A program made the translations under genes and the position numbers. Positions 40,410 to 50,900 of a stretch of DNA of 64,000 bases are shown piece after piece. Source of the stretch: Antedon mediterranea (taxonomy: Eukaryota; Animalia; Echinodermata); contig NC_092679.1 of NCBI RefSeq assembly GCF_964355755.1, positions 3,812,201-3,876,200 on the forward strand, written 5' to 3'. The number at the start of each line of letters is the position of its first letter. Within the stretch, counting starts at the first letter, position 1. The notes below the pieces were generated by a model. The model saw only the letters and a list, made by a program, of their open reading frames with translations. It was not told the DNA's origin and searched no databases.

Positions 40410-40973
40410 AATGAATGCGCATCGTCGCGCGCATCATCACCGTATCTCTTGCGCGCGCGCGTGTACACTAGTTTTAGGTACGCGTGCACATTATTCTTTC
40501 AAACTGCTATATGTTTTTGTTTGAAGCAAAACGATAAGTTAATTGTTTATCTCCAAATGGAATACAGTAGTACTCTCATTCAAAACAAGGTCCACGTACG
40601 TATATGTGGTTTGCGCGCTACAAGTTATTCTAACATATCGAACCAACACGTGCACAGAGAGAGAGCTGCATGGAGGAAAATGTACAGAATAAATATCTCT
40701 CATCACCCATTGGTGTACTCTTTATCCAATCAGATTCAGTAAAAATGTTGCTGTATTGGACCGGAAGTAGGTCCGCATAACTAGACTCATGTTCAGACGT
40801 TTTAAGGTGTACAGTACTCTCTTTGATTGAAAAAGTGGACTTGCTCGTCGACCTACCAAAAATACAACCAGGCAGCGTTGTCGATCGTCGTGTGTAAGAA
40901 ATTAAATTTTTTTATAATTTTACATTATTTATATGTAAGTATGAATAGAATTACATATTTTATGTAATAATTA
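40410..40973. promoter_or_regulatory. Bidirectional CpG-rich promoter between Tie-like gene and CCNK, including promoter block copy B and putative CCNK non-coding exon 1
   Basis: GCGC-rich tract 40417-40490, CCAAT 40726, CCGGAAGT 40761-40768, GTAAGT donor at 40935 matching acceptor at 41727; divergent ATGs at 40272 (-) and 41735 (+). Confidence 0.7.
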
Positions 40974-41029
40974 AATAATTATTTCTTAAACTTTTTTTGA
41001 ATCCTCAAACCATTCATTCAGATGTGTAC

Positions 41030-41220
41030 CGAGCCTACATTTTAGCCTTACTTATTAGAGAGCTAGGCTAGCCTAGCTAGGCGAATTTTAGCCGGCCTAG
41101 GCTAGGCCTAGCTAGGCCTAGCCTAACTAAAAGGCTAGCTACTGCTAGGTAGGCCTAGGCCCAGCCAGGCTAGCTAGGCTAAGAAGTACCATCACTGCTA
41201 GGCACGTAGTAGCAGGCCGG
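41030..41220. repeat. TAGGCCTA/TAGCTA tract (CCNK intron 1)
   Basis: Iterated ctaggctagcctagctagg motifs. Confidence 0.8.
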
Positions 41221-41734
41221 TGCTACTGTACTTTCGCACCTAAAACTGGGCATAAGAAGACTTCACGGTCACACAGACACACCAATAATGTCAATGTTGG
41301 GTAAGCTTGAGAGAGAGAGAGAGTAGCACCATGGCATGGCCATTCATTGGAATTACTTCCGAAAGAGAAACTTGTCACAAATTGAGTCCAAATTCTTTTT
41401 ACAAACAAATTTGTGTTGAGGGATGGGGAAGAGGATAGGTACAAAGATGACTAATTTTTTAATATATTCTTTATCCACTCAGTAACAAAATATGTTTTCA
41501 TGTTTTATAGGCCTAAAAAATAATATGCCACTAAATACAGTAAAAAGTTTGCAATTTAATATCTTGTTAGAACTGTCAGCTATCGAAAATACGAACCAAC
41601 TTTATATACTATCGAGTAAACATTCTAGAAGTAGCATGCGATATACCAAATTTTGTCTTATGCAAATTTATATATAGATGAAAAATGAATGTTTACTCAC
41701 AATTAATACATTATTGTTGGTTTACAGCTTCAAA

Positions 41735-44700
41735 ATGCCTTACTGGTTGTACGATAAAGATGAACTTGTCAACACCCCATCCACTAAAGATTCCATTGAT
41801 CCAAATACAGAGGCCAGATACCGCAGAGAAGGGGCACGCTTTATCATTGAAGTTGGAACAGAGCTTGGACTGTATCCTTTTTTAATAATAATTTTCTCTA
41901 ATATTATAATCTATTCTGGTGTAATTATTTTTTTCAGTTATTTTTCATGATAAATACTTTTCAGTCGCTTTGACACTATGGCTTCTGGTGTAGTTTACTA
42001 TCACCGTTTCTATATGATTCATTCTTTCAAAGAGTTTCCAAGATTTGTAAGTATAAGCCAATTACAGTGTGGGTGTTTCTCTCAAGAAATCCACCACCAC
42101 CACTCAAGCCCGTAGCCAGAATTTGACAGGGAGGGTTTTGTTTTTCCACAACAGGAGCATAAATCATGATAAACTAGGCTATTAAGGCCTAAACTAATTT
42201 ATATTTTAGAAGAAAAAAAGAGGTTTGTTCAAACCTTTAACCCACAACCCACCTTTTTACAAACTTACAACTGCACAGTCTATAAACAAAAATGTATTTA
42301 TTTATATTTCATATAGGTAACAGGATCGGCATGCTTGTTTTTGGCTGGCAAAGTGGAAGAGACACCAAAGAAATGCAAAGATATTATACGAGTTGCCCGT
42401 ACACAAATACCAGAAGCCCACTGGGCCTTCTTTGGTGATGACCCAAGAGTATGTATATACAATTTAATTTATTTCTGTTCAATTTGACTGTTACTTACTT
42501 ACTTAGTCCGAGACATACCCAAACTTATTGACTAGTTCCTTCATCTGCCATTGTGACCCCAAGTTCATTTCTGCATACCAGTATCCGTATCTAGTACATC
42601 AGTGTATGTGAGTGCTGGTCTTCCTTGTCTTGCAAGTCCATGGCTTTGGCTGCCACAGCAGAACATCTGCAATGATTTATTGTTTATTAATGTCCTGCAA
42701 ATGTCAGTCTGCTTTATATACAATGCTCAAAACAGTAAAGTAGAAAAGATTACATAAGTAGCGCTTTATGTAACAATGTAATACAAAACAGTCTTGATAG
42801 ATAAAACTCTAGTTGGGTTCCTTTCTTCTGACTCTACATATATATACTTTTATTTATAAATATATTCCCTTTTCAATCCCAAAATTGGATACACACTGCA
42901 GCTACAGAGTAGTTTAATAAAGATTGCTCCATTTCAAATAGTCTTTTTATCATTATTTTTTAGGAGGAGATAATGACATACGAGAGGATATTATTACAAT
43001 CTCTAAAGTTTGATCTGCAAATTGATCATCCCTACTCGTACCTTCTGAAGCATGCAAAGACATTTAAAGGAGAGAAAGACAAGATACAGAAACTGGTGCA
43101 AATGGCGTGGACCTTTGTCAATGATAGGTAAGAGAGCTTGTAAAGCGCTTAAAGCCTCCTAAGCTCTTCATATTATTGCATGAAATGCTATATAAGAATG
43201 ACATTATTATGTATTAGCCCGGTCATTTTTGGATCAAACACATGTGGAAACCTACTCCCATAGTATTGCAGCGAGAAATCAGTGCAGTTGTGACTGACCT
43301 ATACCAGGTATCCATTTGTACACCTGGGTAGACAGAGGCAAACGTAAGGACAGTCTCTTGCCTAGGATACAAGCAATGCGACGAGCATTAGATTCAAACT
43401 CGCGACTGCATTTATTTACACTACCTTTTATAATTTATCTGATATTTACAACGCGCTCAGCCTCGTTCTAATGTTTTTGAGAATAGATTTTAACTGTGTC
43501 GACATTAAAGAATGAAATGTGGTATAATAAGGTAGTTCAAAGTTACAGCAGAATAAAATTAACATATGCGATACTTACTTATTTTCAGCTTGTGTACAAC
43601 ATTGTGTCTTGAATGGGAGCCTGAAATAATCTCTATAGCATTTCTGTACCTTGCTGGCAGGCTATCAAAAAGCGACCTGTTGGATTGGACCTGTAAAAAT
43701 TCACGTATAAAATGGTGGGAAAACTTGAATGAAGAGGTCACCATTGACATGCTAGAAGGTAAATAAATAAAAAATAATGAAAAAAAATTTGTTGTGTTTA
43801 GTAGCTGGGGAATGATTATTTCATTTTGAATCTTGCTCTTGGTGGAAAATGGTTTTTTTTCCTTTGTGGTTTAAATTTTACCGTCAAAGTATTCAAAATG
43901 TTTACCTTGTTACAGAGATTTGTCACCGGTTACTTGATTTGTATGCTAGTGGTCAGCAGGAGAAGAAAGGCATCCCTCAACCAACGCCTACTAAAGTGTC
44001 AAAAAGACAAAGATCAGTAAGTCCATCTTGACCTCATTAATGGTAGAAATTAGATTAGATTTCTTCTAAAATTATAAAAACTGAAAATTAAAGTGAATCA
44101 CAGTTTCACGACCTATCCAGGTTGTATCATCAGGAATTGTGAGGTTTGTTCAGCGACGAGGTCAAGGAGTTACTAATGTTTACTAATGTTGGCTAATTTT
44201 TCCCCTTTTTTTTAAACAGAAAACTCCCCCTGTAGGTGAGACTGAAATACAATCAGCAGGTAAGAGAATTTGTGTGTTTGAGTGTGTATTATTGATACAC
44301 AATGGTATACAATTCATTTTAGTATTTACCAAGTCATATCTAGACACATCAAACCGTGTGAAATGCAATTAAAGATTGAGAATTTTAAAAATTCCAATGG
44401 CTTTCCAAACTAATTAGTCATGAGAATAATATTGTACCATAAAACAGTTTGAACCTATGATGTAAGCAAGTATTTTAACCACCAAGCTACAGTGTAAACA
44501 AGGATTATAATTTTGAAATATTGTTTTCTTTTAGAACCGGTTGCTAAAGCATCAAAGCCATCAACCCCAGTAGTAGAATCCAAACCAGCCCCTGCTCCTG
44601 CTGATGTACTGGCCAATGTAAGGCCTACAGTTGACCAACCAGACTGGACAAAGCAGCATACACCACCTCCAACTCTGGCACCACAAGTTGTACTGCCACC

Positions 44701-45490
44701 CCCAACTACGACGACATCCTACCCTCAAATGGGTGTACCACCAGTAAACTACACAGCACCGCCTCCTGTACAACCACCATATAGCAATCCGTACACGGCA
44801 CCCCCTCCAGCAGTCCAACAGCCTTACAACCCAGCTTATACGCCTAGTCAACCAGGATATCAACAGCCGCACCAGCAACCGCCACCACAACAACCGCCAC
44901 CACAGCAGCCGCCACCACAGCAGCTGCCACCACAGCAACCCCCACCGGTTCAGAATACACAATATGGTTCCTACAGCTCGCAACCGTACTATGGAAGTAA
45001 TCCGACTCAGTCGACGCAACCGCCTCAATCTTATAACCAACCAAATACCTACAATCAGAACTATCCAAACCATAGAACACCGCCAGCTGCGTATTCTGGA
45101 CCGCCTCCAGCTCAAAGACCGCCAGTGGCTAATATGAATACCCCTCCACCAAACATGAACGTGCCACCACCTGCACCACCAGGTGGACACAGGCATGGCA
45201 TGCATCCACCCAACATGAGTGTACCGCCCCCTCCGCTGAGGAATGCGCCACCACCAGCTGTTCCTCGACAGATGGGGGGTCCTACTCCATCAAACTATAC
45301 TGGATATCCGCCACAGGATAAGCCAAGAGACTATCCTCCATCACAATACAGCAATTACGGTCATCCACCTCCTTCTCTACCACACCCTGCTAGGCCACCA
45401 CACCCACATAATATAGGTGGTTCACCTGCTCCCGGTTTGCCTACTATCAGGATAACAGGGAGGCCAGGCCTACACGGAAACAACAGATGA
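41735..45490 (+). CDS. CCNK: Cyclin K, ~593 aa, 8 coding exons
   Basis: Exons 41735-41871, 41965-42046, 42317-42448, 42964-43127, 43589-43758, 43916-44016, 44220-44259, 44535-45490 (1782 nt, in frame). Motifs [77 protein letters not shown]; Pro/Gln-rich C-terminal tail. Confidence 0.96.
41872..41964 (+). other. U12-type (minor spliceosome) GT-AG intron in CCNK
   Basis: Donor GTATCCTTT is the exact U12 consensus; 93 nt; splicing restores [10 protein letters not shown]. Confidence 0.85.
43140..43410 (-). mobile_element. tRNA-derived SINE, body on minus with oppositely oriented tail segment
   Basis: 43211-43410 is the reverse complement of the 50135-50330 body; 43140-43210 resembles the SINE tail on plus. 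Confidence 0.7.
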
Positions 45491-45791
45491 ACGTAGCATG
45501 CATTAGTGTCAATTCAGGATTTCTAGGACAAAGCATGCCTTCTGTATATGAAGGAAATATTGGCGATACACATTAAATATTGACATCTATACAATTGACA
45601 GTTCCGCGATTGTTGACTATGAAATTGACTATGAAATTGTTTATACAATTTGAAATTAAATGCAGTACAGTAATTACTATACAATTTGGAAAATGGATAA
45701 ATATACTGGATTTAAATATATTATGTAAGACAAGTATAATCAATTTTCATGGTTACTTAATCTTGTACTGCCATAACTTAAATGTGTACAA

Positions 45792-45797
45792 ATAAAA
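45792..45797 (+). terminator. Candidate CCNK polyadenylation signal
   Basis: AATAAA about 300 nt after the stop; further AATAAA near 46014-46060. Confidence 0.4.
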
Positions 45798-46284
45798 CCA
45801 CCAGTTTATGGTGTTAAAAGACAATGTTCTGTAATTTTGTTTACAAATATTTAAGGAAAGAATGCATGATGAAAGTGTTGGATATTGTGTACTACATGGG
45901 TCCTTTATATAATATACGCTATCGTTGTTATCGATGTATACATATCAACCAGTGTACCAAGTACATCAACAATAATAATTATTTCAGATCCCATTTATTT
46001 TTGCAATTTATCAAATAAAATAAGTATGCCAGCAGAAATACAATAAAAAAGTACAAATAAATTAAATTAATTTAAACAATCACAAACAGAAGTATAAACA
46101 TTTGTTTCTAATATATAATATAATAATTTAAAGTACTGATATTTTTTAATCTAATAATGCGGATTTAATTTTACAATATGAAAATCAAATCTAAAGTGAA
46201 AAATTGCCCTGCCTTTGGTTAAGTTTTAATTTAGGAATGCAACATTTGATGACTGGTTACCATGGCGATTTTGAAACATTCTTA

Positions 46285-46418
46285 AGCTCTGTCTACATTA
46301 TCAAACTTTATGTGACAAAAACATTTGATGTGCCCATATATGGACATGCTGATGTCATATCACTACCATATTTGGGCACATCACACTTTTTGTCAAACTA
46401 GTTTGATAGTGTAGACAG
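46285..46418. mobile_element. Harbinger-type MITE family A
   Basis: AGCTCTGTCTACATTATCAAAC ... GTTTGATAGTGTAGACAG. Confidence 0.85.
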
Positions 46419-47948
46419 CATACCATTTAGAAATGCAACATTTATTACCATGGTGATTTTGAAACATATTAAGGCCATAATGCATCATGTTTTAACAGTG
46501 CATGAAGCCTGTTGGTTCAATCGAGTAAAAACTGTTTCAATTTTTTTTTCCAAAAATACAAATAACTTGTAAAATTCATATAAATTACTGAGCTTGTTGT
46601 ATTGTTTTTTAATACCTGAACCTCATTCACCACAGCAGCCAGAGTTTCTTTTTTCTTCAAACAAAATTAATACAAATCTTGGTATATATAGCTACAATTG
46701 AGCTATGTGAAATAACCTGATATTGGGGTCAAAAAGGCTGGCTGGCTGGCCCCTTTTGCATAGGTTTTTGAACCATAAATCACAGATATCTATATTCTAT
46801 GTAGTAGAACCTAGAAATACAGTACCTTTATTATTTATTTTAATATAAAAAGTGATTGTGTATTATATGAAATGTGTAAAACAAAAATCTGGATGGAATT
46901 GCATAATGTGACCTTAAATCAGTTAACCTTTCACCGGTAACCATTCACCTGTAATCTACATCTAATAAACTATGTTCACACAAATTAAACAGAAAACTCG
47001 AATGTGAACCCAGTAAGCTCTCAATGCAAACAAACTCATAACAAAAGTCCAATACAATTTTCTTTTACATTAAATCAATTTTCTTTCAGTAATACTTATA
47101 CGAGACAGTGCTTCTATCTTAATCAAGGTCTTGGAATTTAAAAATTTTTTCTAAAATAATTTAAAATATATTTGTTGTATATTTTTTTCTAAATAATTTG
47201 ATTGCATAGTGGTTTTTCCACCTTGCTTAAAAAAAGTCAAGATTTACGGGTTGTTGAAAATGAAGATATCTTGATATAAAATTATTAATAGAACCAATTT
47301 TTAGATTTAATACTTGAACTTTTTTGCGGTGAAGTTATTTCACTTTTTTTAGTAATGAATATGACTGATGAAAAGTATGATTTAATCACAATGAACTCTC
47401 AGGCTTCTGTGAACAATTTTTTTAAACTGTTGCGGTACTTTTGAAACAAGCATTGAATGTTTCAATTATAATCTATTCTTCATTAGAATAATTTTTGTAT
47501 CTAAATTGATTTATACTGTTTTTGTATTGCAACTTATTTTGTTCTTTCATTATGACCTCATGTGCTAAAACAATTTCAAATGTTCAAAATGCTATTAAAA
47601 TTTAACTACAGTACTAAGCTTTAACATTTGCACATAAAATTTGTTTGAAAAATGTAGGAACAGTTTGAAAATGAACAATTATTTTATACAACCTAAATCA
47701 GGTTTTTCAATCTCTGAGTTTGCAATTTTGTAGTCTAGTGAAACATTTGTAGAGAAATAGATAATTATTTAAATATTTTTTTAAGGCACTTTCTTTGTCC
47801 CATAAGAAAATATACATTTTTACAGCCTGTTAAAAGTTAAAAGAGATAAAATTGCACAATAAAATTATACTGTAGTTCAACCATCTCGGACGATAATTGT
47901 AAAAGACCCTGATCGTTGGCAGATCAATATCGCAGCAAGTCATGTGAC

Positions 47949-50900
47949 CTAAAAACACATTTGGCACGAGTCAGCTCCCACATTCAGCGCTTCCAACATT
48001 GTTCGCAACGATGGAAATGTTTTTGAAACGGTTGGTAATGATGATAAATTAAGTGAAGTTCTGAGAAAATAAAGAAACAAATGTCTTCTGTAAATATATG
48101 AAGAAACTATCCAATAAATATCTGATCACTTGACCCAGGTTGACCTGTTAAGCTCTCTCTACAATCTCAAACTAAGTGTTATGTGCCCAAATATTGTAGT
48201 AATATACCCAAATATGACATCATCATGTCCATATATGGAAACATTACATTTTTTTGTCACATAAAGTTTACAACACTAGTTCATCCTCTTATATTTATCT
48301 CCCAAAACACAGGACCACTATACTTCACCAAAGTATTAGATACTCTGGTGCAAAATGTTTTGCCTCTTTCGTTCCAAAACATACAAAATGTAAATAGTTT
48401 TAAAAAGAATGCAAAATATTATTTATTATCAAATGATACTTAGCGGCCATGATTTTGTAATATATTTACCTTTAACAATTGAAAATGTATTAATACGATT
48501 TATACTGCAATTGAAATGTACCGCTTGATGTCTTATTGTTATTTTAATTTCTGTAATTTATATGTATATATATTTTGTTTACTTTTGTCTGTTTTGTTTT
48601 GGCGTCCCTGACACAAGCATTTGCTCTATTGGTGACGCCACCATTTTGGAAATAAATGGTGGCGTGTGTGGACAGAGCTTTAGGCAACAATGAAATATAC
48701 TCACGGCTGAATGTTCATCCAGCCCCTTGAAAGACTTGCAAATGTTTCGTGATTTCCAGCAAGGATAGCCTCGATATCCATCACTTTTCCTTTAGGAATT
48801 TTCCCAGTAACCTCTTTGCCAATAGCTAAGACCAGACCAATGGCTACTGTATATGCTACAACACTAAAAGTAAACAAAATGGTATACAAAATGATAATTA
48901 AAATATCTTCTTTTCAGAAACTGGGAAATAAAAGCATTTTGGGTGTTTGTGATGTCCAGACCAGATATACATGATGAGCATTCAGTAGTATATACACACA
49001 TTAGTCTAGTATAGGTTCTAAACTGAAATTATTAACAAGATAAATACTTTCATATGTATAATACATGAGCTCGTATTTTCATAGTATTTAGACAAAAATT
49101 GAACGTAGACTGCTGGTGGACTAACATAAAAAAGACAATAACTACAGTCTTGGGGCACACATTTGCAAATGATATTATATTAACATTATATTGCCATCCA
49201 ATGGTCATCCTACCTACAAATGTGATGTACAGTCAACTCTCCCAATACTGGACACCTTTGGGCCGGCCAAATAAGTCTGGTTTTCCGGAAAGTCTGGTAT
49301 TCGGAATGTGTTTTTAATGGTAAATATAAATTTGGGACCTTTTGGTCTTCAAAAAAAGTCTGGTATTGGGAGAGTTTCTGGTTTTCAGAGAGTCCGGTAT
49401 TGGGAGAGTTGACTGACCAATGTACTATATTATACATCAAAACAGACAATAAATATACTTACCTACTTCCCCTTGATAAGGGCATAAGATTGTAAAAATA
49501 GTACACCATTGACAGGATTAAATTTGTAATTCGTTCCAGCTCCTGTACGGAATAAATAAATATCCATTTTCTATATATTCAATCTCATGTATTTCATTTC
49601 ATATGTGATGGCTACATCATAAACTTTAAACTAACCTTCCAAGATACAGGCACACATGTGACACACATGTTTTACTATATTATGGAATTTGCCTATGATA
49701 CTGGTATGATATATTATATTACAAATACTTACAGATTCTTTGATAGGCCCATGAGCCTTTTTCATTTCCTCCGTCAAACTCTGCCAAATATAATCTAATT
49801 CCACATAGTACTGATCTGTCCGTTTTTTCGTAGTCGCCGTGTCAAGTGAAAAGAGAACGTTCCCAGATCTTAAAAATAAATAGCACAAAATGTTAGAAAT
49901 GTTTCGCAAATGGTAGATATTGATGGTGATGACTCTGTCCACAAACAAAATGTGATGTGCCCATATATGGACATGATAATGTCATATCACTACCATATTT
50001 GGGTATATATCACTACCATATTTGGGTATATATCACTACCATATTTTGGGCACATCACACTTTTTTTTGCCAAACAAGTTTCATATATATAGTATAGACA
50101 AGAGCTTATGGTTGACGTTGGACTACTGATCGTGAGATCGAGGTTCGAATCCAACTCTAGCCGCATTGCTTGTATCCTTAGGCAAGATACTTTACTTACG
50201 TTTACCTCTCTCCACCCAGGTGTATAAATGGGTACCCGGTAAGATCAAGACACAACTTTGCGCTGATTACTAGCTGCATTATGGGAGTATATTTCCATAC
50301 GTGTTTGATCCAAAAAATGACTGGGGTAATAATGTTCAGCGCTTAGAGAAGCTTGCTTGTAGAGCGCTATATAAGAATGAACTATTATTATTATTAAGAG
50401 CTTTACAAACAAAAATTACATTATTATTGAAGATTACACAATGATGCAAAGCATTAGACTGGTCCAAGTCATCCCAAAAATATAAACTTCTCTCATAATA
50501 TTATGAATTGCAATTATAAAATATAATGAACAGCAATACAACTTACACGTCACCTGTTAAAGCAAAAATAGATCCTTCTAATCTTTTATTTGAATCTTTA
50601 TAACCAGCAATCTTTGTTGACACCATGAACCCGGGACCAATAGGCGTGGTCATCTTAATCTTTTTGACAACTTTTAGTAACTGTTCACAGTTATCCACTT
50701 TATCTATAGCATTGATGAGTTTTTCTTCTGGTTTTCCTAGTCTGCAAAAGTAAAAATAGAGAATTCTTGATTACATAATTTAATTGAAGATAAAATTTAA
50801 GCTTAACACGTTCACTGCCACGGCGTATTTATACGTCAAAAATTGCGTGTGGCTACTTGCCAAGACGTAATACTACGTCAAAATCGTAGCACTTTTGTAT

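Noticed and set aside
44561-45205. 214-aa Trp/Arg-rich antisense ORF
   Set aside because: Shadow of CCA/CCG/CAA codons in the CCNK proline-rich exon.
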